Of a stretch of DNA of 64,000 nucleotides, positions 31,254 to 40,340 are shown in pieces. Source of the DNA: an uncultured Bacteroides sp. (lineage in GTDB: Bacteria > Bacillota > Clostridia > Lachnospirales > Lachnospiraceae); the NCBI GenBank assembly GCA_964589055.1, contig CAZPSD010000002.1:12867-76866 (forward strand). Reading direction: 5' to 3'. The translations under genes and the position numbers were made by a program. Below the pieces are notes generated by a model. That model was given only the letters and a program-made list of their open reading frames with translations. It did not search any database and had not been told where the DNA came from. The stretch's first letter is position 1; each line of letters opens with the position of its first letter.

Positions 31254-32225
31254 ATGTTAAACAGCCAACAGCTTCTGCCTTTATGCATTATTACAGACCT
31301 GCTTGTCATTCTGCTGTTTCTGACTCTGATCATCGTCTCCTATTTTCATACCCGGAAGACCATGAAACATCTAAATGCGATGCTGGACGCCGCCATCAAC
31401 GGCACTTTTCAGGAAATGCATGTGGATGAATCCATGCTTTCTTCTTTAGAAAGCAAATTCGCCGCTTATCTTTCCGCGCAGGAAACTGCCGCCGAACAGA
31501 TAGCAGCAGAGAAAGACACCATCAAAGAGCTGATTTCCGATATCTCACATCAGACCAAAACGCCGATTGCCAACATTCTTCTTTATAGTGAACTTCTGTC
31601 AGAACAAGAGCAGAATTTATCACCGCAGGGCAAAGAGTATCTTGCAGCGCTTCATACACAGACAGAAAAACTGAACTTTCTCATCTCCTCCCTGATTAAA
31701 ATGTCCCGTCTGGAGACGGATATCTTCGTACTGCATCCTGTTTCTGCACCCATACTGCCTGTCCTTGACAAAGTCGTTATGCAGCTTGCACCGAAAGCAC
31801 AGGAAAAAGGACTTCTCATTATTCTGCCGGATCATGGCGCCCGGACAGGCTCCGGAGCGTATTCCAAAAACAATGTTTCTTCCGGTTTAACCGCTGTTTT
31901 TGATGAAAAATGGACGCAGGAAGCGCTTTTCAATCTGCTGGACAATGCAGTCAAATATACGGAGCAGGGAAGTATCACTATAGAAGTTACTCCTCTTGAA
32001 CTGTTCTGCCGCATTACCGTAACCGATACAGGCATCGGCATTTCTGAAGAGGAACACGCCAAAATCTTCTCCCGGTTCTATCGGTCTGCGCAGGTGTCGG
32101 ATCAAGAAGGCGTCGGCATCGGGTTATATCTGGCTCGTGAGATCATCAGCCGTCAGGGCGGCTATCTTAAGCTTACCTCCGCCCCCGGTAAAGGCTCCAC
32201 CTTTGCTGTCTATCTGCTCAGATAA
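31254..32225 (+). CDS. Membrane sensor histidine kinase with minimal input region
   Basis: One N-terminal TM, ISHQTKTP, NLLDNAVKY, DTGIGI, GVGIGL. Confidence 0.92.
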   Translation: MLNSQQLLPLCIITDLLVILLFLTLIIVSYFHTRKTMKHLNAMLDAAINGTFQEMHVDESMLSSLESKFAAYLSAQETAAEQIAAEKDTIKELISDISHQTKTPIANILLYSELLSEQEQNLSPQGKEYLAALHTQTEKLNFLISSLIKMSRLETDIFVLHPVSAPILPVLDKVVMQLAPKAQEKGLLIILPDHGARTGSGAYSKNNVSSGLTAVFDEKWTQEALFNLLDNAVKYTEQGSITIEVTPLELFCRITVTDTGIGISEEEHAKIFSRFYRSAQVSDQEGVGIGLYLAREIISRQGGYLKLTSAPGKGSTFAVYLLR

Positions 32226-32349
32226 CCGCTTCCCTTCTCTTTGCCTGCACCTGCCGGTCTTCATACAGCATTCGGCTTCTGCACTCTCACCGTGCATTTC
32301 TGCATGGACAAGAATTCTTTCAAAACCGTAAGAATTCCATCCCTCCCAC

Positions 32350-32381
32350 GAAAGATTATGGAAAGATTCTTTTGCTAAAAT
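32350..32381 (+). promoter_or_regulatory. Direct-repeat response-regulator box plus extended -10 of the ABC operon
   Basis: GAAAGATT twice at 11-bp period (32350, 32361), then TGcTAAAAT. Confidence 0.6.
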
Positions 32382-32424
32382 CATTTTGATTTCAAAAAAG
32401 ACCACTTCAGAACAGGAGGAAATT

Positions 32425-33177
32425 ATGACAATATTATCTACTAACAATCTGCGAAAAATATACGGCAGCGGAGAAAGCGAAGTCCGCGCTTTGGACGGCG
32501 TAAACTTAACTGTTGAAAAAGGAGAATTCGTCGCCATCGTCGGGACAAGCGGAAGCGGCAAATCTACCCTGCTTCATATGCTCGGCGGATTAGACCGCCC
32601 CACAAGCGGTTCTGTCACCGTTGACGGCAAAGAAATCTTTTCCTTAAAGGATGAAGCCCTGACCATCTTCCGCCGCCGGAAGATCGGCTTTGTGTTTCAG
32701 GCATATAATCTGGTTTCGGTCCTAAATGTCTATGAAAATATCGTGCTGCCTATACAGCTTGACGGCGGTACCATCGATGAAGCGTATTTAACTTCCATCA
32801 TCGATACACTGGGACTGCAAAGTAAACTGTCCAATCTTCCCAACAATCTCTCCGGCGGTCAGCAGCAGCGCGTAGCTATCGCAAGGGCACTGGCTTCCAA
32901 GCCCGCGATTATTCTTGCAGATGAACCCACCGGCAATCTGGACAGCAGAACCTCACAGGATGTGCTTGGGCTTCTGAAAATCACAAGCAGGAAATTCTCA
33001 CAGACCATCGTTATGATTACCCACAACGAAGAAATCGCACAGCTTGCCGACCGTATCATCCGTATTGAGGATGGCAGGATCGTCTCCGGCACAGGGCAGG
33101 CGGGCTCCGGCATCCGTCAAAACAATCCTGACTGCAATCAGGTCATTGCCCGCATAAATCAGGAAAGGCAGGTGTAG
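32425..33177 (+). CDS. ABC exporter ATP-binding protein (LolD/MacB type)
   Basis: GTSGSGKST, LSGGQQQR, ILADEPTGNLD. Confidence 0.95.
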   Translation: MTILSTNNLRKIYGSGESEVRALDGVNLTVEKGEFVAIVGTSGSGKSTLLHMLGGLDRPTSGSVTVDGKEIFSLKDEALTIFRRRKIGFVFQAYNLVSVLNVYENIVLPIQLDGGTIDEAYLTSIIDTLGLQSKLSNLPNNLSGGQQQRVAIARALASKPAIILADEPTGNLDSRTSQDVLGLLKITSRKFSQTIVMITHNEEIAQLADRIIRIEDGRIVSGTGQAGSGIRQNNPDCNQVIARINQERQV

Positions 33178-33184
33178 TGCATAC

Positions 33185-35830
33185 ATGAGCCTTAACGTAG
33201 CAAACAAAAAAGTCATACGCCGCATCAGCTTCCAGAGCATGAAGACGGCAAAAACAAGAAATATCGTTGCAATTCTCGCTATTGCATTGACAACACTGTT
33301 ATTTACGGCGCTTTTTACCATTGCCATGTCCATCTCCTACAGCTTTGAACAGAGCAATTTCAAACAAGCAGGAGGCTACTCACACGGCACTTTCAAATAT
33401 CTCACCGAGGAACAACTGGATCAACTAAAAGACGATCCTTTAATCCAAAGCTACGGCTGCCGCCTGATGCTTGGTATGGTCACCGAGGAACCTTTTAACA
33501 AAACCCAGGTAGAAGTCAGCTGCTGCGATGAGCAGGAAGCGGATTTCTATTTCCTGCATCCCGGAAAAGGACATTTGCCAAAAGAAGGAACGAAGGAAGC
33601 CGCAACTGATACCAGAGTGCTCTCCTTACTTGGCATTGAACCGGAAATAGGAACGGAATTTACCCTGACCATTGATGTGGACGGTGTTCCGGTCACGGAA
33701 ACCTTTACCTTATGCGGCTATTGGGAATATGATGAGGCGATCCCCGTAAGCCATGTACTTCTGCCTGAAGATCTGGTCAAGGACATCCTTGCCAAAACAG
33801 AGCGTCCTAATCCAAGCGGCTACATCGGGGTATGGTATCTGGATGTTATGTTTGATAATTCTTATCATATTGAAAAAGATATGAAGACCGTATTATCCCA
33901 TTACGGCTATCAGGCAGATGATAGTTCTCAGACAGAGGATTATCTTGCCATCGGTGTCAACTGGGGCTATGTGGGTGCACAGCTAAACGGCAATATGGAC
34001 CCGCTTACCGCACTTTCCATTGCCGCGCTGCTGTTACTGATTATTTTTACGGGTTATTTGATTATCTATAATGTCTTTCAGATATCCGTCTCCAATGACA
34101 TCCGATTCTACGGGTTATTAAAAACCATCGGAACAACCGGACGGCAGATCAAACACATGGTTTTCCATCAGGCAGTTCTGCTTTCCGTAATCGGTATTCC
34201 CATCGGACTACTCCTTGGCTATGGTGTCGGTGCATTGTTATTTCCTGTGATTCTCTCCACACTGGATGCCATTTCCTCGACTGACTTGTCCTTTAGTCCG
34301 CTTATTTTCGTAGTTGCCGTCCTTTTTGCCCTGATTACCGTCATGATTTCCTGTCGGAAACCGGGCAAAATGGCAGCCAAAGTATCTCCCATCGAGGCAG
34401 TCCGCTATACGGAGCGCACCACATCCGCCAAAACCAGACGTAAGTCTGCTGCCGGCGCCTCCATTTCGAAGATGGCGTTGGCTAACCTTGGCAGAAACCG
34501 GAAGAAGACCGTCATTACTGTCTTATCCCTCTCCCTTGCGGTGGTACTGCTGAACCTGACTGTTACCTTTACAAACGGCTTTGATATGGATAAATATCTC
34601 AGCTATTTTATTTCCAATGATTTCACACTGGCAGACGCCAGTTATATGAATTCCTCTCATTGGTCCGGCGATGCTCTCCCCGAAGAAGCGATCACCGCTG
34701 TCACACAGGCAGGCGGCATCGCAGAAGGCGGCAGAACCTATGGACATGTAAGCAAGATCTATGAGCTTGTAACCGAAGAACAGCTGCGTGCCTCCTATGC
34801 CGGTTATCCTACGGAAACAGTAGATTCTGTTGTAGCCGGAACCGGAAAGGTTGATAATCTCTTTTTGCAAGGCGCACAAGTCTATGGAATGGAACCTTTC
34901 TGTCTGGACGGCGTGATTGTACTGGATGGCGATCTCTCCAAGCTATATGAAGACGGGAATTATATCGCTGCGGTCTATGAGACGGATGACTACGGCAATC
35001 CCGAATGGGACTCCAACCGGGCAAAAATAGGCGATAAAGTCAGACTGTGCTACCCTGAAGAATGTGAATTTTACAACCCTGATACGGGCGTAGTCTATGA
35101 GAACCCTGATCCTGAAAACGATTACTACGTCGTGCGTCCCACCAAATATCAGAATGCAGAATATGAAGTGGCTGCCTTGGTTGCTGTGCCGAATGGTCTA
35201 AGCTACCGTTATAGATACCTTTTCAACGATACCTTTATCCTAAATGCCGATACCTTTAAGCGTGATGCCGGCATAGACACAGTCATGTACTATACCTTTG
35301 ATATGGAAGAAGGCGCCGCCTCTGCGATGGAAAGTTTCTTGGCGGATTATACGCAAAATACAGCGCCCCAGTATGATTATGAAAGCCAAAGTTCCTGTGC
35401 AGAAGAGTTTTATTCTTTCAAAAATATGTTCCTCATTATGGGAAGCGTCCTGAGTTCTATTATCGGGTTAATAGGTGTCCTGAACTTCCTCAACGCAATA
35501 CTTACCGGCATCCTTACAAGGCATCGGGAATTTGCGGTTTTACAATCTGTCGGCATGACCGGAAAGCAGTTAAAGACTATGCTTGTTATAGAAGGTTTAT
35601 TGCTTGCCCTTGGCTCGGTTATCTTTTCCTTCCTATTTATCCTTGTGACGGGGCCTTTGCTTGCTAACGTGCTTGGCAGTGTATTCTGGTTCTTCACTTA
35701 CCGTTTTACTATCTTTCCGGTACTTGCCATCACGCCGTTTTTCGCACTGCTTGGCGCACTGATACCGCTTGTCACGTACCGCTACAGTGCAAAGAAATCT
35801 ATCGTGGAACGGCTTCGGGAAGCAGAATAA
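33185..35830 (+). CDS. ABC exporter permease with two FtsX domains
   Basis: IRFYGLLKTIG and REFAVLQSVGMT FtsX motifs, large extracellular loops. Confidence 0.92.
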   Translation: MSLNVANKKVIRRISFQSMKTAKTRNIVAILAIALTTLLFTALFTIAMSISYSFEQSNFKQAGGYSHGTFKYLTEEQLDQLKDDPLIQSYGCRLMLGMVTEEPFNKTQVEVSCCDEQEADFYFLHPGKGHLPKEGTKEAATDTRVLSLLGIEPEIGTEFTLTIDVDGVPVTETFTLCGYWEYDEAIPVSHVLLPEDLVKDILAKTERPNPSGYIGVWYLDVMFDNSYHIEKDMKTVLSHYGYQADDSSQTEDYLAIGVNWGYVGAQLNGNMDPLTALSIAALLLLIIFTGYLIIYNVFQISVSNDIRFYGLLKTIGTTGRQIKHMVFHQAVLLSVIGIPIGLLLGYGVGALLFPVILSTLDAISSTDLSFSPLIFVVAVLFALITVMISCRKPGKMAAKVSPIEAVRYTERTTSAKTRRKSAAGASISKMALANLGRNRKKTVITVLSLSLAVVLLNLTVTFTNGFDMDKYLSYFISNDFTLADASYMNSSHWSGDALPEEAITAVTQAGGIAEGGRTYGHVSKIYELVTEEQLRASYAGYPTETVDSVVAGTGKVDNLFLQGAQVYGMEPFCLDGVIVLDGDLSKLYEDGNYIAAVYETDDYGNPEWDSNRAKIGDKVRLCYPEECEFYNPDTGVVYENPDPENDYYVVRPTKYQNAEYEVAALVAVPNGLSYRYRYLFNDTFILNADTFKRDAGIDTVMYYTFDMEEGAASAMESFLADYTQNTAPQYDYESQSSCAEEFYSFKNMFLIMGSVLSSIIGLIGVLNFLNAILTGILTRHREFAVLQSVGMTGKQLKTMLVIEGLLLALGSVIFSFLFILVTGPLLANVLGSVFWFFTYRFTIFPVLAITPFFALLGALIPLVTYRYSAKKSIVERLREAE

Positions 35831-35835
35831 AGACC

Positions 35836-35865
35836 GTATAATCACCGCTTCCTGCGGGTATACTA
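35836..35865 (+). promoter_or_regulatory. Putative sigma-F/G promoter
   Basis: GTATA-15 bp-GGGTATACTA, matching the GYATA-N15-GGnnAnAHTR consensus. Confidence 0.6.
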
Positions 35866-35890
35866 TCGTCAGAAAGGAAGGTACTGCCAT

Positions 35891-36049
35891 ATGGATAATT
35901 GTAAAAACAAATCGAAAAATGCCTATGACGACGGAAATATTCCAAAGACCGATCTGCCAAAGAACGCAAATCAGGATGAAAGTGTAGAACCTTTGCCGGA
36001 ATCCACCCGTCCCAGAAAGGACGGTCCCGGCGGAGAAGACGGGCAATAA
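35891..36049 (+). CDS. Small 52-aa hydrophilic protein, not in the ORF track
   Basis: AGAAAGGAAGG RBS; MDNCKNKSKNAYDDGNIPKTDLPKNANQDESVEPLPESTRPRKDGPGGEDGQ. Confidence 0.7.
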   Translation: MDNCKNKSKNAYDDGNIPKTDLPKNANQDESVEPLPESTRPRKDGPGGEDGQ

Positions 36050-36104
36050 GGAAACGATTCATGAAACAAACTGCCGTTATACCATCCCAGCAGTTATACA
36101 CTGT

Positions 36105-36143
36105 AAAGAAGCCGCAATATTCCAAAGAATTGCGGCTTCTTTG
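36105..36143. terminator. Hairpin terminator after greA and the small ORF
   Basis: aaagaagccgcaat...attgcggcttcttt. Confidence 0.8.
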
Positions 36144-36153
36144 CTAACGTGAA

Positions 36154-36657
36154 TCAAAAACTGCGAATCTTGTCACTTCCGTCATCTACCGTATTCTCAA
36201 TCGACTTAATGACCACATAATAACCTGCATTGGCATTTACCTCTACATACACCCGGTCATTTACTTTGTGTCCCATTAACGTCTTCCCAAGCGGAGACTC
36301 TGTACTGATCAGCCCTTCCAGCGAATTGCCGCGCACTGTAGTCACCAGCTTATATTTTTCCGTAATGTTATCCTCCTCGAAGAAGACCTCTACCGTATTG
36401 TTCATGCCGACTTCGTCCTCTGCGGACTCATCGGACACTACCACTGCAGTCTTGATCATCCGTTCCAAATAGCGGATGCGGCTCTCATTCTGATTCTTGA
36501 ATTTCTTCGCCGCATAATACTCAAAATTCTCGCTCAAATCCCCCTGCGCCCTCGCTTCTTTCACGTCCTCCAGCGCATTTTTACGCACCACAAGCTTACG
36601 GTATTCAATTTCCTCTTCCATCTTTTGAATATCCCGTTTCGTTAATTCATTATGCAT
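36154..36657 (-). CDS. greA: Transcription elongation factor GreA
   Basis: EARAQGDLSENFEY, ISTESPLGKTL. Confidence 0.93.
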   Translation of the reverse strand: MHNELTKRDIQKMEEEIEYRKLVVRKNALEDVKEARAQGDLSENFEYYAAKKFKNQNESRIRYLERMIKTAVVVSDESAEDEVGMNNTVEVFFEEDNITEKYKLVTTVRGNSLEGLISTESPLGKTLMGHKVNDRVYVEVNANAGYYVVIKSIENTVDDGSDKIRSF

Positions 36658-36824
36658 TCTCTGCTCCCCCACCTGTCAACAACCGGAAAATGCCATCCAT
36701 ACAGCACTGTACCTTGTTTTGCCACAAATAAAAAGCCGTGCCACAGCATCTTCCGATTACATTAAAACAAAGAATCCTGCAAAGCACAGGATTCTCTGAC
36801 TATCTTATCCAATTCATAAAAAAT

Positions 36825-37061
36825 TTATTTGCCGCTGACCATGTACTCAAGAAGACGGCTCACATCTTCAGGATCATGTGCTACAAGTTCCATCTCCGGA
36901 ATCATATTGTCTGCAAAAAGCTTTGTAAGCGCAACGTATTTTGTCAACTGGGACTTCAGGTTTAATCTATCCCCCTCAGTTGTTACCAACTCTACGGTTC
37001 CTTTGCATTTGTTTACTACCTCAAAAAACTTCTCAGGATCGTCAATGTTCATTACTTTCAT
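36825..37061 (-). CDS. Small HPr-like-fold protein
   Basis: GAGGAGG RBS; FFEVVNKCKGTVEL...GDRLNLKS. Confidence 0.75.
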   Translation of the reverse strand: MKVMNIDDPEKFFEVVNKCKGTVELVTTEGDRLNLKSQLTKYVALTKLFADNMIPEMELVAHDPEDVSRLLEYMVSGK

Positions 37062-37143
37062 GATTCTTTCCTCCTCATGCTCTCTTCAATAATACTATTT
37101 CTTTTTACACTTATCATATTACACATTTTGGCATTCTTGTCAA

Positions 37144-37320
37144 ATGATTTATGCGAATTTTTATATCTCTACACTGATTGACAGCCGGACGGTTAATTTA
37201 AACACAATCAGAGATTTAGTCGGTCACGAAGATGAAAGAACTGCTTTAAAATGCTACTGCTTTAATCGGCAGACTGATTCGCAGACGCAGGAAAATATTG
37301 AACAAGCATTAAGCCTTTGA
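37144..37320 (+). pseudogene. C-terminal remnant of a tyrosine integrase
   Basis: YISTLIDSRTVNLNTIRDLVGHEDERTALKCYCF (box II GH...Y); the N-terminal bulk of the enzyme is absent; abuts the tRNA 3' end. Confidence 0.8.
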
Positions 37321-37412
37321 AGCATTGGCGTTAAAAGTGTAATCAAATCCTATTGTAACAAAAAAATTGGGAAGTCTTCTATCTAATTAAGGCTTCCCAA
37401 CTCTCAACCAAG

Positions 37413-37485
37413 AGCGCGAGACGGGACTCGAACCCGCGACCCCGACCTTGGCAAGGTCGTGCTCCACCAACTGAGCCACTCGCGC
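37413..37485 (-). tRNA. tRNA-Gly(GCC)
   Basis: GCGCGAG acceptor stem, anticodon loop TTGCCAA, GTTCGAG T-loop; CCA not encoded. Confidence 0.97.
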
Positions 37486-37524
37486 ATGTACTTGTCTAAA
37501 CTCTGCGTCGCTCGGACAAGTAAT

Positions 37525-37553
37525 AATATACTATATTGATTTTACTTTGTCAA
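37525..37553 (-). promoter_or_regulatory. tRNA promoter with AT-rich upstream region
   Basis: TTGACA-17 bp-TATATT. Confidence 0.7.
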
Positions 37554-37703
37554 CATAAAAATTTAATTTTTATAAATTCAATAATCTTTTTATATTTTTT
37601 TAAATATATATACAATTCTTACGTTTTTCATACAATTTATATATGCATATTTACGTGCATTCAGGCAGATTTACAAAATACTACCCCGCATCAAATATTT
37701 ACA

Positions 37704-39179
37704 CTAGTCCAGCTTATCAGCACACTTAATCCGATAAATACGTCTCAGGGACTCATCGATCCTCTCCTCGGAGATCGTACCATCCTGCACGGCTGCCAAC
37801 AGTGCATCATACGCCGCATTAAAATCTTCCGGCATCAGCAGCATATCGGCTCCCGCCTCGATTGCTTTAACCGCCGCCTCCTCCGAAGTATAATAATCCG
37901 TAATTGCTGTCATATTCAGCGCATCCGTAATAATAACGCCCTCAAATCCCAGTTCGCCACGAAGAATATCTGTCATAATCTTCTCAGACAACGAACTCGG
38001 AACGCCGTCTTCATCTACCGCAGATGCCGTTACATGACTTACCATCACGAAATCTGCCCCCGCCTCGATACCTGCCTGAAAAGGTACAAAATCTGTCTGC
38101 CGCATTTCTTCCAAAGTCTTAGTGGTCTCCACCCTTCCATCATGGGTATCCTCTGAGGCGCTGCCAATTCCCGGAAAATGCTTCAAGCAGGAGCTGACAC
38201 CGGTACCTTCGATGCCTTCTACCATATTGGCAACCATATCACCTACCATCTGTGCATCCGATCCGAATGCCCGGTCCTCCAGTACACTGCTGCCATCTTC
38301 CGAAACCACATCCGCCACCGGCGCAAAATCCAGATTAAATCCTATTTCATTCAAATAAGCGCCGATCGTAACACCGGATTCATAAGCCTGCGTCGTATCA
38401 CCGCTTGCTCCGATCACAGCCATGTCATCTACCTGTATCACATCGATATCACTGTTAGCGACTCTGCTGACAGAACCGCCCTCTTCATCCACTGCCAAAA
38501 AGATAGGATACTTACTCATTGATCTTGTGTTTGACAACATCTCCGTAATCTGGTCTTTATCGGAAATGTTCTTATCAAAGTAAATCAGTCCGCCGACCGC
38601 ATATTGATACAAAGCGTCCTGTGTACCTTCTCCTGCCTGTATCGCTGTCGAAACACCGGTAATCGCCTCCGGCGTCACCACAAAAAGCCCTGCCACTTTA
38701 TCCTCTATCGGCATCGCAGAGATATAGTCATCAACCATTTCTCCCAATAAATCCTGTTCCTCTTCCGTATCACCCGAAATCGTCTCCGGCGTATCAATCA
38801 CTACTTCCTGAGCCGCCTGCGCTTCCTCTTCCGCCTGCAGCTGTGCCAGTGCTTCCGCCTGCTTTTTCTCCTGTATATGCGATGATATTCTCATGCCGGT
38901 CACCGCACCGCCTGCGACAATCGCCGCCAAAAAGACCAATACCACAACATATGAAATGATCTGATTACGAATCCTTCTCCGACGGCGATAGGCACGGCGA
39001 TCATCCTCGTCTTCCTCATCGTCGTCTTCTTCGTCTTCTAAATCCTCTTCTTCGTCCTCTTCTATTTCTTCATCATCCTCGATGTCTTCTTCCTCGTCAT
39101 CCTCTAATGCTTCATCTTCATACTCTTCTTCGTATTCCTCATCAGAGTGTCCTTTTTCTCTGCCAAATAACTTTCCCAT
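37704..39179 (-). CDS. Membrane-anchored GH3 beta-N-acetylhexosaminidase (NagZ-like)
   Basis: AVDEEGGSVSR, DFAPVADV, KHFPGIG..S.DTH, IITDALNM; acidic N-tail, polybasic patch and TM. Confidence 0.88.
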   Translation of the reverse strand: MGKLFGREKGHSDEEYEEEYEDEALEDDEEEDIEDDEEIEEDEEEDLEDEEDDDEEDEDDRRAYRRRRRIRNQIISYVVVLVFLAAIVAGGAVTGMRISSHIQEKKQAEALAQLQAEEEAQAAQEVVIDTPETISGDTEEEQDLLGEMVDDYISAMPIEDKVAGLFVVTPEAITGVSTAIQAGEGTQDALYQYAVGGLIYFDKNISDKDQITEMLSNTRSMSKYPIFLAVDEEGGSVSRVANSDIDVIQVDDMAVIGASGDTTQAYESGVTIGAYLNEIGFNLDFAPVADVVSEDGSSVLEDRAFGSDAQMVGDMVANMVEGIEGTGVSSCLKHFPGIGSASEDTHDGRVETTKTLEEMRQTDFVPFQAGIEAGADFVMVSHVTASAVDEDGVPSSLSEKIMTDILRGELGFEGVIITDALNMTAITDYYTSEEAAVKAIEAGADMLLMPEDFNAAYDALLAAVQDGTISEERIDESLRRIYRIKCADKLD

Positions 39180-39287
39180 AGTAATACCCGTGCCTTTCTC
39201 TCAACCTGCAAACTTTCGTCTGTACACAACTTTAAAATTGTGTTCCTTTGTTAGAAATACTTCGACATACAAGATATAGTATGCAGC

Positions 39288-39472
39288 GTAACAGTTCAGC
39301 CATGCAGAAATGATTATGCAATATGACCTTGGGCGCTTGCTCACTAAGGACATATTGTACAATTGTTTCTATAGGGCGGACGCCCGACATGAAATAAGTT
39401 GGCGGACTTATACTAATTGATGAGTGAAAATGTATATTCCGCCAACTTATGAATGGATGGCTGAACTGTTAC
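39288..39472. mobile_element. 185-bp MITE-like or structured repeat element
   Basis: 16-bp perfect terminal inverted repeats GTAACAGTTCAGCCAT, three internal hairpins, flanking 8-mers TATGCAGC/TACGTAGC, second partial copy at 30321. Confidence 0.75.
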
Positions 39473-39584
39473 TACGTAGCAAGTATACTATAACCTATTT
39501 TTAGATAAAAAGCCACCTTTAATTTCTCATTTCACCAAATCTCCATATATTTCCCTATTACAATCCTCCGAATACGCACACAGC

Positions 39585-39881
39585 GAAGCGGGTACTAATT
39601 CTTTCATGAATCAATACCCGCTTCTAAACTATACTATCCAATGGTCTTACCTCCAATTTCTTCTTCCGTACTCTTTCCACTCTTCTTTTGTATGCGTATA
39701 CTGTAACGTCTTATTCTTCTCTTCTGTGATTCGTTACTTTTTCTTATGTACTCGATTACGTTCTTTTTGTTTTATCATTGGTTCCTTATTCATTTGTACT
39801 TTAATTGGATGGTTAATTTAAGTTTCCGGTGGACTGTACCTCTCTTTCTTTAGGATATCTATGTGAATTTGTTTTGTTTAT
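39585..39881 (-). ncRNA. Putative ~300-nt A-rich non-coding RNA
   Basis: Consensus promoter upstream, closing hairpin GAAGCGGGTA/TACCCGCTTC at 39585-39624, only very short ORFs on the transcribed strand. Confidence 0.55.
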
Positions 39882-39887
39882 GTCTTT

Positions 39888-39915
39888 ATTATATCATCTG
39901 TTTTTAATTTGTCAA
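39888..39915 (-). promoter_or_regulatory. Strong sigma-A promoter with extended -10
   Basis: TTGACA-16 bp-TATAAT with TGn, and a long A-rich UP region. Confidence 0.8.
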
Positions 39916-40091
39916 CACATTTTTTCAATTTTTTTCTTATTTTTTCATTTTATTTCTTTTTATGGATTATTTTCACATTTTTGGTTCTTATTCCCTATTA
40001 TTTACAGTTTATTTACACGTCGTATTTTCAGCATCTTCTTAATGATATGTTTTAATAAATAACGCAGTTCGGCAATTCTCACTCTATACAC

Positions 40092-40130
40092 AAAACAGGA
40101 CTCTGCGTCCCCATACGCAAAGTCCTGTTT
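40092..40130 (-). terminator. Terminator downstream of lysC
   Basis: aaacaggact.tgcgt...acgca.agtcctgttt. Confidence 0.75.
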
Positions 40131-40304
40131 CTATGTAACCCTTCTCAGAAATGCAGGTGCAAGCAGCAGGGAAATCTTCTCTCCTCTCTTCAAATCTTCA
40201 AAGAACCGCTCAGTATCATCGACATAACTTCTTGCACCATGCGCACAGGCATCAAAACATGCGCCACAGCCGATACACGCCTTACCATCCACAACGATTT
40301 TGTT
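40131..40304 (-). pseudogene. Fragment of a 4Fe-4S / [FeFe]-hydrogenase-like sensory protein
   Basis: KIVVDGKACIGCGACFDACAHGARSYVDDTERFFEDLKRGEKISLLLAPAF; CxxCxxCxxxC motif; stops on both sides. Confidence 0.75.
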
Positions 40305-40340
40305 TTATATTTGTCATGCTATTTATATATATAAAGAAAT

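Noticed and set aside
38990-39145. TCTTCATC-type repeats as a CRISPR array or contingency locus
   Set aside because: They are codons of the polyacidic NagZ tail; no fixed repeat-spacer structure and no cas genes in the window
30321-39472. Composite transposon bounded by inverted MITE ends
   Set aside because: No transposase, and the segment contains core greA and tRNA-Gly
39606-40062. Plus-strand ORFs of 71 and 77 aa
   Set aside because: F/L/S-rich translations of T-rich DNA antisense to the putative ncRNA and its promoter; no RBS
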